DNA of 63,915 nucleotides, filler included, from an uncultured delta proteobacterium (GTDB lineage: Bacteria; Bdellovibrionota_C; UBA2361; CAIXSY01), in the NCBI GenBank assembly GCA_903922175.1. It is 7 parts of 7 records of this genome, joined end to end, with 100 filler letters (N's around TTAATTAATTAA, not from the genome) between each part and the next. Parts side by side here need not be neighbours in the genome. Positions count along the whole stretch, not along the records: positions 18,769 to 31,472 come from CAIXSY010000109.1; positions 31,573 to 39,587 come from CAIXSY010000110.1; 5 more parts are not named here. The stretch is one strand, 5' to 3'. Under the pieces are notes generated by a model, which searched no databases, had not been told where the DNA came from, and was given only the letters and a program-made list of their open reading frames with translations. Positions 28,959-37,244 of the stretch are shown piece after piece. Made by a program: the position numbers and the translations under genes. The stretch's first letter is position 1. Every line of letters starts with the position of its first letter.

Positions 28959-29264
28959 ATGAAGCTTCGCAAACGCATCCGCAAAACGCTCAACCAAAAG
29001 AAACTGAGCACACAGATCGAAAGGAGCTTAGCCCCTAGCGCTACTATTGATGGGCTAGATGAAGACGTCGCCGCGCATGTTAATCACTTCCTTGCGACCC
29101 CACTCCCACCGATGGAAAAATTCTCACTCCTTACCGCCGAAGATGCTCGCTCGGCGCTAATAATGATCAATCATACCCAACACCTTCTTGAAGAGCGCAT
29201 CCGCACCGTTCGCGTGCTCAAGGCTCTTTGCGAAAACGCCAAGAAGGACGAGGCTCCGAACTAG
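28959..29264 (+). CDS. Hypothetical protein
   Basis: 101-aa ORF with gaggg RBS and a basic N-terminus. Confidence 0.6.
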   Translation: MKLRKRIRKTLNQKKLSTQIERSLAPSATIDGLDEDVAAHVNHFLATPLPPMEKFSLLTAEDARSALIMINHTQHLLEERIRTVRVLKALCENAKKDEAPN

Positions 29265-29271
29265 AAGTACT

Positions 29272-29775
29272 ATGTATAGTCGGAAAGCAAGCACATGGTT
29301 CACCTCTATTTTTATGTGCCTCTGCTTCGCCTCGGGCGCGGCTTACGCCGAGGTCTATAAGTATATCGATAGCGAGGGGCAGGTCCATTATGTAAACGAC
29401 CCCACCAAGGTCCCCTCGCGCTACCAAGATCAGGTGATCTCGAACATCGAGCTACCGAAACTAGGTCGGTATCAGAGCTTTGGAAAAAAATTGCCCCCTG
29501 GCCAAACGATCCCCGCACTGACATCGCCAGCAACCACAGGATCAAAGAAGATCGAAGTTCTCGTAACCTCATGGTGCCCTTACTGCAAGAAGCTGGAGAA
29601 GTTTCTTAAGGAGCAGCGCATCAGCTATGTGCGCTACGACGTCGAGCACGACGCCAAGGGCATGCAAATTCACAATCAGCTCGGCGGAGGCGGCGTTCCC
29701 GTGACACGCATCGGAAGCACTGTCCTACGTGGGTTCAATCCGGATGCGATACTACAGGCCCTGGGCAAGAAATAG
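29272..29775 (+). CDS. Secreted DUF4124 plus glutaredoxin-domain protein
   Basis: Signal peptide, AEVYKYIDSEGQVHY (DUF4124 type), WCPYC and GGVP. Confidence 0.85.
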   Translation: MYSRKASTWFTSIFMCLCFASGAAYAEVYKYIDSEGQVHYVNDPTKVPSRYQDQVISNIELPKLGRYQSFGKKLPPGQTIPALTSPATTGSKKIEVLVTSWCPYCKKLEKFLKEQRISYVRYDVEHDAKGMQIHNQLGGGGVPVTRIGSTVLRGFNPDAILQALGKK

Positions 29776-29905
29776 GCGCCGGATCCTGGTACGGGAACTG
29801 GACGTAAAACGTCAGCGTTAGCCTATGAAGGGGCGAGCAGTTACCTTAATAGTTCAATATGTTACGCGCGCGCTCAGGATAGTTCCTGGCTAATTACTAG
29901 CGATT

Positions 29906-29932
29906 TAAGTATCTATGCGTTTCTACCGACCA
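29906..29932 (+). promoter_or_regulatory. Candidate sigma-28 promoter (would give a near-leaderless transcript)
   Basis: TAAG-N15-ACCGACCA immediately before the start codons at 29938/29941. Confidence 0.35.
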
Positions 29933-29937
29933 TTACA

Positions 29938-30870
29938 GTGATGGATACCGCCTTCAAAGCACTCGATCATTTAACGGCCCTGACCTTGGTGCCGGACCGA
30001 TGGAGCAGGGCTTTGCTGCGCGAGACATTCACCACAGTGGCCTATAAGGGTGAGTTGATTGGGGCACACACCGCAGCAAATGCACTCTCCCTCCTGCAGT
30101 GTAATCCCCGTATCGAGATCGTCTTCATTGAGTTCAGCCTGGGACAAGAAGCCGTCCAGCAATTTATTGCCGATCTAAATGCCCAAGGCATGGGGCAAAA
30201 GTTCGGCTTAGTCACTACCGTCGGAAAGAGTGGTCCTCAGCTTACCTCGCGGCTTATCGATATGTACCTCAAGGGCATCGACGGGTTTATCGTCGAGCCC
30301 TATTCGAGCGATGACCTGCGCTGCTTACTACTGCGTGTCATCGAGCGCGTGCGTACGACGCGGCTTGAGATGCACACCCGTGCGATCAAGGCTATCGACC
30401 TCCTCGTCCAAGAGGCTACCAACTGCCTCGATCAGGTCGCCCAGCAAATTGCTAACGGAACGCCACGTTCAGTGCACCTTAACCGAGAGCTTAAAAACCG
30501 GAACAGCGCCCTTCGACCGCTGCAAGCTGAATATCCGGAGGACTATGTTTCGATCCTCCTACAGGTCCTCGATACACACCAGGCTTTTAACCCGCGGGCA
30601 GAACCCGAACGTCGGGCCCGAGATCGTCTCCAACATCCCGGCGAGGCAATTAGTGCGATTATGCAGCGGCGAGGAATTACCGCCGAAAAAGCGCTTAGTG
30701 TTATTCGTCTGGCTGCTGAGGATTTCGACCGGCTCCTGCGTTGCGAACTCATGGTCACCGAAGAGCTCGCACGCGACCTATCACGCACCTTTGGGCGCAC
30801 GGCAAAAGAATGGCTAACGATGCAAAAGCGCTGGGAAGATCGCTCGGCGAATAGAAAAGAGGGGGAATAA
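29938..30870 (+). CDS. Atypical receiver domain fused to a HigA-like (Xre) HTH
   Basis: Receiver fold with IVFIE and GIDGFIVEPY. The C-terminus HPGE...GIT......VTEELARDLSRTFGRTAKEWLTMQ matches the HigA pattern. Confidence 0.75.
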   Translation: MMDTAFKALDHLTALTLVPDRWSRALLRETFTTVAYKGELIGAHTAANALSLLQCNPRIEIVFIEFSLGQEAVQQFIADLNAQGMGQKFGLVTTVGKSGPQLTSRLIDMYLKGIDGFIVEPYSSDDLRCLLLRVIERVRTTRLEMHTRAIKAIDLLVQEATNCLDQVAQQIANGTPRSVHLNRELKNRNSALRPLQAEYPEDYVSILLQVLDTHQAFNPRAEPERRARDRLQHPGEAISAIMQRRGITAEKALSVIRLAAEDFDRLLRCELMVTEELARDLSRTFGRTAKEWLTMQKRWEDRSANRKEGE

Positions 30871-31282
30871 CGAAGAAAGTTGTTTTCCTAGGATGACGCG
30901 GAACCGAGATAACTAACCACACCAACAAACCTACTCATCGCTAACCAATTAAAACCCGGAAACCTATCATACCATTCGAGCCTGCGAAACCTCGACTTAT
31001 GGCTCCAACGGATCGCTGCCTGGATTCAACAAGATATCTCCATGCTCCGTTAGAAAAACGTACCCGCCTCTCCAGAGAAAAACCAATTAAAAACACCTAC
31101 AACCAGTACCAACCTAACAACTTTCTTCTTTCTTCCCCCTAAGAAAACCACCATGGGGTGACACTCTTAGCGGACGAAAGTTAGGAAACCCTTCTACCCT
31201 CTGACCCCATATCGGCGACTTGCCTAGCCTGATCCACTTTTTTTAGGAAAAATAATTACTTTTCTTGCAGATACCCCTTACA

Positions 31283-31402
31283 CGTAACTGCTCAATAACC
31301 CCGGGTAGCTTCACAGCGCAGCCTAGCGGCCGCAACCAAAATAGATAGTCCCTACGGCTGCGCTGTGGGGCTCTATGCGAAGCCTTGAATCCTGCTAACG
31401 GG
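31283..31402. repeat. Shell-A terminus followed by a 91-bp cacagcgcagcc hairpin element
   Basis: cgtaactgctcaataaccccggg at 31283. Bases 31312-31402 are the exact reverse complement of 31573-31663. Confidence 0.85.
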
Positions 31403-31472
31403 TCACAAAGCTTCCCCGCGCAAGTTAATCTATATTTGGTGACACTATCGCTCATCTTCTTGCGGTTCCGAG

Positions 31473-31572
31473 NNNNNNNNNNNNNNNNNNNNNNNNNNNN
31501 NNNNNNNNNNNNNNNNTTAATTAATTAANNNNNNNNNNNNNNNNNNNNNNNNNNNNNNNNNNNNNNNNNNNN
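31473..31572. other. Artificial contig linker
   Basis: N44-TTAATTAATTAA-N44. Confidence 0.98.
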
Positions 31573-31737
31573 CCCGTTAGCAGGATTCAAGGCTTCGCAT
31601 AGAGCCCCACAGCGCAGCCGTAGGGACTATCTATTTTGGTTGCGGCCGCTAGGCTGCGCTGTGTAACTCCGTGCGATCTCAGTGGATCTTCGTGTGAAAC
31701 AATCATTACGTTCAGCCCACACTTAATGAGCAGACAC
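31573..31737. repeat. Composite repeat: 91-bp element, cacggag core and shell-A right end
   Basis: Matches 31312-31402 and 15477-15517 (both inverted) and ends acttaatgagcag. Confidence 0.8.
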
Positions 31738-31777
31738 CATAAAACATTACGTCACCTACCGAGCTACAATCGGCATA

Positions 31778-31913
31778 GGGCGCAAGAATTATTTTTAACG
31801 TGAAGGTACAAAGTAACGAGGAAATTCAGACTGTTACCTTCGTAACTTAGTACCTTCGCGTTAAAATAAAATTCATGGAGTTTCGCGAGATTACGCCGAA
31901 CATTCTTACGCCC
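31778..31913. mobile_element. 136-bp MITE flanked by a 13-bp direct repeat
   Basis: Terminal inverted repeats gggcgcaagaat / attcttacgccc. tacaatcggcata occurs at both 31765-31777 and 31914-31926. Confidence 0.8.
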
Positions 31914-32006
31914 TACAATCGGCATAACTAAGTTGACTAGAATTGCCAGAGGGCCTTATATAGAACATCTTCATACTTACTATCGCTCCGTTGTAATGGT
32001 GTTCTT

Positions 32007-33986
32007 GTGCAGTTATTTTATAAAAACTTTACTACAATACCCCTCGTATTTCAGAGCAGACCCGACACCGCTCAAAAAGATTGCTGCTGCATCTCCAGTC
32101 CTCGCCTATCGTCCTCTATTATAAATCTTTCACTGCCCCGCGCTCTGACCGTACAGGAAGAGGTAACTAAAATCCTAGAAGCCCTGCTCCTACGTCCCGA
32201 CCTCAACAAGTTAAAACAGGAGATCCTTCCTGGTGCGCCGCTCGGCTCAAGTAAAACAAATCCCCATTGCGATTATAGAGACCGCGCTGTTGGCGAGAGG
32301 GGATGTGCTGCGGCCGAGCATATCTTACATGGCTTAAGTGATTCAGAGCTGAGGGCCAATTTTCGCAAATCATATGGGATACTAGGCGTTAAAGTTATAA
32401 CGCAGGTCAAAGAGTTAATTGTTAAATACACGTCAAGCGTGAGGGGCTATTCTGCAGAAAGCGTCGAGGCTGCGCTGAAGCAGATAGGTAAACTCGGGGA
32501 ACTTCGGGAGTATCGCCCATGGTATACTGCTTACTCCACATGGCTTGAGGGAAAGGGACCTGCTCCGAATCGGCTTAGTTTTGATTCTTCGTACTCACCA
32601 CATGCTAACCATCGAGGATTATCACGCCTATTTTCTGCTATCGGAATCGAGATGCCCAAGAACCTTAGCGGGTTTCTTTTGGCAAGGCGTGTAAATGACC
32701 TTTCTATATTGGCGTCTCCAAAACCAAGCGACCACAGCCAAGATGACGGGTCTTACTTCGTCTCAGTGCACGAAGCAAGCTCTGATAAACTTCGCCATTG
32801 CTGGGCCATTGCTACTCCAGACGGAGAGTGTTTAAAGCTACCCGGAGAAGAGACACTTCCCGAACATCTTCAAAAACGCCGTCACGGGCCTCAATCAGCC
32901 GCCCTTCTGCTTGCTGCCGGCTATAGAGTAGACCTCGTCCTCATTTTGGCACAGCGCATAGTTTCTGTGGAGAATATCACGGCATTTGCCACCAATGGAG
33001 AGATCACGACATTAGAGCGAAAAGCTGAGGCCCCCTCGCACGCAAACGGAACCACGAAGAGCTATTACCGTGGAATACAACTTTTCCCAGATCATCCCTG
33101 GGGGCGCGCTGCCGCCAGAGTTTACCTCGGCACAGGCCTGACCGATGCCGACGGCACGGTGGTAGCTATACCATGTCTTGGAAGCATCACTCATCGAGAC
33201 ACGAAGCCTCAATTTACTATTTATGCCGCACCACGGCATGATCAGGAGTTATATAACCCAGAGCGACCTCTAAAATGTGTTCAAGTTGCGGCCCTTAGTG
33301 AGACCGAGCTTCGCCTCGAGTGTCAGCGTATCGCCGAACTTGCTCACTTCCGCTGCCGTGGCGCGCGAAAAGAGGCCTCCATTAGTGCGAGAGATTGGTT
33401 AGAAGGAATCAGTGATCGAATTCCGCGCATCGAGCCGGTTCAGGTGATGTCTCATGATGCTTTTTCCAGCAACGTTTCCTTTGCGGGGATACGCATCTAT
33501 ACGCGTAATTCCCTCCCCTATTCCACTCTTAACCCTGGGCTGTTCGAGACGCAGCTCTACGAAAGACGTCGTCGTTGCCTTGGATTTTGGCCTGCAAGAG
33601 TAGACAAAGATGCCGTGGCCCCGCTTTATGCAGTTGTCCGCCCTGAACGGAGAGTAGAGCCAAATACTGAGGTCTGGGAGCAGCGCAGCAGGTTATCCGT
33701 AGCGCCGCAGAGGAACCCAGTAGCCGTCATCAAACTTAAAGATGGCTCTCCAGCAATCTTATTCGAAGGGATGTGTATAACAGGTCTCGCGAGGAGCCTC
33801 GCAGAAATAACACAGCTCGAAGCCTATAGATTTCAAACTCCATGGGGAGTGTGCTTTGTAGCTTTTCAAGCATGGGAAGCCCGCATAGAGTGCAGCGGGC
33901 CACTCTGCTGTTTTAAGATTCCTCCCAGGTTATTCGAGCCTGCGCCAGAAGCTTGGAAATACCGCTCAAGCGAAGTAGTATGGTGA
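32007..33986 (+). CDS. Large hypothetical protein (start uncertain)
   Basis: 659-aa uninterrupted ORF; no motif recognised. Confidence 0.6.
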   Translation: MQLFYKNFTTIPLVFQSRPDTAQKDCCCISSPRLSSSIINLSLPRALTVQEEVTKILEALLLRPDLNKLKQEILPGAPLGSSKTNPHCDYRDRAVGERGCAAAEHILHGLSDSELRANFRKSYGILGVKVITQVKELIVKYTSSVRGYSAESVEAALKQIGKLGELREYRPWYTAYSTWLEGKGPAPNRLSFDSSYSPHANHRGLSRLFSAIGIEMPKNLSGFLLARRVNDLSILASPKPSDHSQDDGSYFVSVHEASSDKLRHCWAIATPDGECLKLPGEETLPEHLQKRRHGPQSAALLLAAGYRVDLVLILAQRIVSVENITAFATNGEITTLERKAEAPSHANGTTKSYYRGIQLFPDHPWGRAAARVYLGTGLTDADGTVVAIPCLGSITHRDTKPQFTIYAAPRHDQELYNPERPLKCVQVAALSETELRLECQRIAELAHFRCRGARKEASISARDWLEGISDRIPRIEPVQVMSHDAFSSNVSFAGIRIYTRNSLPYSTLNPGLFETQLYERRRRCLGFWPARVDKDAVAPLYAVVRPERRVEPNTEVWEQRSRLSVAPQRNPVAVIKLKDGSPAILFEGMCITGLARSLAEITQLEAYRFQTPWGVCFVAFQAWEARIECSGPLCCFKIPPRLFEPAPEAWKYRSSEVVW

Positions 33987-33990
33987 TCAT

Positions 33991-34407
33991 ATGATGGTGC
34001 AAGAACTCGCAGCACTCCTCCAACGGGCAAAAACAGTTGCCGTTGTGGGCATCTCCGATAAACCCGACCGGCCAAGCTACGAGGTGGCAGAGTACCTCGA
34101 ACAATACTTCCATATGCTGCCAGTAAACCCCGCCCTCAAGAGCTGGAAGGGCAAGCCGTGCTACGCCTCACTAAGCGAAATTCCTGTGACGACAAAAATC
34201 GACATCGTCGATATTTTTCGGCGCAGCGATTTGGTACTACCCCTCGTCGAAGAGGCCATCGCCCGGCCAGCAGGCCTTATCTGGCTGCAACAGGGTGTAA
34301 TCAACAACGACGCGCAAAAATTGGCCATGTCTCATGCCATCCCCTTCATCATGGACGCCTGCCTCGCAGTCTTCCATGCCCAGATACGTTCACGCGCCAC
34401 GAACTAG
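33991..34407 (+). CDS. CoA-binding protein (YccU family)
   Basis: AVVGISDKPDRPSY, PVNP, IDIVDIFRRS, WLQQGV and MDAC. Confidence 0.93.
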   Translation: MMVQELAALLQRAKTVAVVGISDKPDRPSYEVAEYLEQYFHMLPVNPALKSWKGKPCYASLSEIPVTTKIDIVDIFRRSDLVLPLVEEAIARPAGLIWLQQGVINNDAQKLAMSHAIPFIMDACLAVFHAQIRSRATN

Positions 34408-34628
34408 TACCTCAACCGGAAAGTTTTTCACATTTTTGCTAGTTGAACGGAAGACGGGAACGAGGAAAGGCATACGCGGGACGACATGCGCCTAAGGCAG
34501 ACGTGGTGACGTAAGCTCATAAGCGCCTGTCGTAACGCATCTCCCGTTCCTCGTCATGACGTTAACGTCGATGAATTATTAGTACGGCGTTTCTGCACTA
34601 TGAAAAAACTTATTGGACGAGGTACTAG
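34404..34628. mobile_element. CTAG-bounded MITE with a hexamer core
   Basis: ctagtacctc..aagtttttca / tgaaaaaactt..gaggtactag. The left CTAG contains the upstream gene's TAG stop. Confidence 0.7.
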
Positions 34629-34869
34629 TGGGAGGTCGCTTCTCGATACTTCAACCTAAAAATAGGGACGGTCCCTATTGAAAAATGGATCGTCCCTATT
34701 ATGGCCGACGTTCCATTCGTGATGCGCCAGTGCCAGATCCAAGGGAGCTCCACTCCACGCTGCCTACATCAACAGGCGTAGAGGAAACTAATTGTACGCG
34801 GATCTGTTAGGCAAACATGGCTTGTCGTATTTTACACGGCCTAGCTACGCTAAGATACTCTCGAAGGCG

Positions 34870-36105
34870 TCACGTTGAAATGAAGGCGCACGGGACACCC
34901 TGCCCCGCATAAAACTCTGCCTTGACCAGCCCTGCCTGTCCAAGAATTTTTCGGAATTCGCTATTTGCCCCCCAGGTACGGGTCAACGACGAGATCGCTC
35001 CTATGGCACCTTGCGGCTGAAAATCTCCATCGGACATCGCCGAAGCGATAAGTTGTATCCGGCCAAGAACATAATGCACTGCCAGCTCTTGAAACTGCTC
35101 CCAAACGGGGCGCTGCTCATCAAACGGGAAGAGCTGTTTCAAAATTAGATTGACTAGATAGTTTTCATAAAAACGGGGATAGCGTCGCAAAAATGTTCGT
35201 GCATATTTATGCTCGGCCCGTTCGAGGGTCGAGACTATCTCTACAGGGGTGAGCGTTACGATATCGCTAAAAGCACGCCGCACCTGTGCTAAGCTTTTAT
35301 GATACCGCAGGGGCAAGGGCAGCTCCATGAGTTCAAAACCGCACAGACACTGCAACGTATGGGCAACAACTTCATCAGCAACGGCTTTCTTACGTTGAGC
35401 AAACCAAGATACCCGTCGCCGCGCAATAGCTTGGAGGCGAGCGGGGATATCACCAAATCTTGACTGCTCAATTAGATCGTGCAAAGTGTGGCAGAGTTCC
35501 CCGAGCCGAAATATTCGCGTCTCGATTGGGCGTTTGCTATTTTGCATGATCTGCAGCACCAATGCGCGCACCATGCTAAAATGGGCTCGGTAGGCTTTCG
35601 CACCCGAAGCACCGGCGCTATCCTGCTCACGATGCATCATCTGTGGCCAACGGTCCTCAACCCCCTCCTCCTCAAATGTAAGCGCCCCTTGTCCCAAAAG
35701 CGCCAAGCGCGCTGTCTCAGGGCAGCCCAGTGTCGCGTTCCGCTCACGCACACCATCAACGATATTTTCTTCGCGAGGATAACGTGAACAGAGACACGGG
35801 AGATACTCTGGGCCTGCTCGCTGCTGAAGCTGGCAGAGCTTATCCTCCCCTAGGAATCCACAGCGACGATCTGCGGTAAGCGTAAAACGAGCTGCTCGAG
35901 CAGGGCAACTCGTGTGGGGGGCTTCGAGCTGAAGATGCTCCTCGAAATAGGCACGCAGTTCAGCGTCCGGGCACTCATGCATGCGCTCAAGAGTATCGTG
36001 ATCAACGTGAACATCCCAGCCACTACAGCAGTTGTCCTCACACTCCGAACCGAGACATTGGAAATGCTTTAGATAATTTATGCTCAAGAGCTTTTCGTTT
36101 GCCAT
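34870..36105 (-). CDS. fliB: Flagellin lysine-N-methylase
   Basis: FQCLGSECEDNCCSGW, CGFL...LC..Q and C..YPR...LGCPE.ARL Cys cluster, plus ENYLVN. Confidence 0.88.
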   Translation of the reverse strand: MANEKLLSINYLKHFQCLGSECEDNCCSGWDVHVDHDTLERMHECPDAELRAYFEEHLQLEAPHTSCPARAARFTLTADRRCGFLGEDKLCQLQQRAGPEYLPCLCSRYPREENIVDGVRERNATLGCPETARLALLGQGALTFEEEGVEDRWPQMMHREQDSAGASGAKAYRAHFSMVRALVLQIMQNSKRPIETRIFRLGELCHTLHDLIEQSRFGDIPARLQAIARRRVSWFAQRKKAVADEVVAHTLQCLCGFELMELPLPLRYHKSLAQVRRAFSDIVTLTPVEIVSTLERAEHKYARTFLRRYPRFYENYLVNLILKQLFPFDEQRPVWEQFQELAVHYVLGRIQLIASAMSDGDFQPQGAIGAISSLTRTWGANSEFRKILGQAGLVKAEFYAGQGVPCAFIST

Positions 36106-36117
36106 GCCCGTCGCACC

Positions 36118-36437
36118 CTAACTCAGCAACTCAGCGAACGCCCTTTCGCCGTAAATTACCTCAGGCCGCGACGGAGCGTAGGGCGAGTACACGGGGATAG
36201 TTTTGTCGGGGGAAAAGGCGCTAATTATCGGCTGGCCACTCAAGGCGCAGGTACGGTGATAGAGGTTACGCTCGTTACGAAAGGCGATTCGCAGACGCTT
36301 ACGTTCCTGCGGACTCATCGTTGGTGGCGACAAGCTGAGCTTGACTCCCCAACTACCGGCGAGAGCTTATCGAGGAGGATGAGATCCTGATCGTCGATAT
36401 TGAATGACTTCCCCGAGATACGACAGATACGTTCCAT
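36118..36437 (-). pseudogene. Frameshifted, internally deleted remnant of a Cys-rich family common in Patescibacteria
   Basis: ATG 36437 gives MERICRISGKSF.I...D. After a frameshift in a G run it reads PPTMSPQER..R.AFRNERNLYHRTC, joined directly to YAPSRPEVIYGE. Confidence 0.7.
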
Positions 36438-36466
36438 AGTAAATTTTCTCGAAACAATTACCTAAC

Positions 36467-36566
36467 GAGGCAGACCTCAGACCTACGAGTGTTCTCCCGT
36501 GCACGTGCAGGTGCACGGGAAATCCATACTCGACGAGCAGTGGTGAATATGAAAATGCAACTCACC
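36467..36566. repeat. Shell C with a cccgtgcacgtgcag hairpin core
   Basis: gacctcaga...aaaatgcaactca, as at 4953-5072. The core recurs at 62841. Confidence 0.65.
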
Positions 36567-36593
36567 TAGTACTCGTTTCAAGACTAAAGAAAT

Positions 36594-36776
36594 CTAGTGC
36601 GCCGCTCCCGAAGGAACTACTCCTGGCTTAACCGGGGCTGCTCCGGTGCTCGCCGCTCCGCTCGCCGCAGTTTGGGCGCCACTCGCGCTTGCCTGCGGGT
36701 GCGCCGAATCGGCGACCGGCTCAACCACAACATCATACACTTTTTCACCAACAGTCACTTTAAATCTATGCAACAT
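36594..36776 (-). pseudogene. Truncated biotin carrier subunit of a Na+-pumping decarboxylase
   Basis: RBS gaggag, FKVTVGEKVYDVVVE and an Ala/Ser linker, then a stop just where the biotinyl domain should begin. No MKM motif. Confidence 0.75.
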
Positions 36777-36830
36777 ATAACTCCTCAAATTACAGCCTAA
36801 CACCCTATCCATAGTCAGCACATCAACACC

Positions 36831-37238
36831 CTAACGAAGCTGGTGCGATGAATAGATCTGCCGCCGCCCTTCGTGAGCCCAATGCAGAATACCGCTCGAT
36901 CGTACCGAAGGATCGACCGCGTACGAGCTATGCACCGAGACGATATGAAATGGCCCCGGCTCTGCCACGGCTATGGCAGCATGAATAACCGCCAATACTT
37001 CAGGCTCAATTCCAGGAATGACTGGGGAATGAAGGGCAAGCTGAGCCTGCTCCGCCGTCTTTAACTCAAAATAACGCTGAAGAGGTAACGCCAGCATCCC
37101 CAATCCACGAACTACAAGCATCAGCACGACAAGCCCGAGGAGGACCCAGGGGACGACCTCCCAGTGGGTCACCCGAGTGTCCAGCACCGCCGCCATGAGT
37201 GGTGCATTGAAAGCCATAACAAACAGATCTTTCATCAT
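36831..37238 (-). CDS. OadG/MmdD-like membrane subunit
   Basis: One TM helix, EVLAVIHAAIA and C-terminal WAHEGRRQIYSSH; lies between the carboxyltransferase and the biotin carrier. Confidence 0.75.
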   Translation of the reverse strand: MMKDLFVMAFNAPLMAAVLDTRVTHWEVVPWVLLGLVVLMLVVRGLGMLALPLQRYFELKTAEQAQLALHSPVIPGIEPEVLAVIHAAIAVAEPGPFHIVSVHSSYAVDPSVRSSGILHWAHEGRRQIYSSHQLR

Positions 37239-37244
37239 ACGTCC

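Noticed and set aside
31312..31663. Large inverted repeat or invertible segment spanning the gap
   Set aside because: The two 91-bp copies are on different contigs joined artificially, so their spacing and orientation are not evidence.
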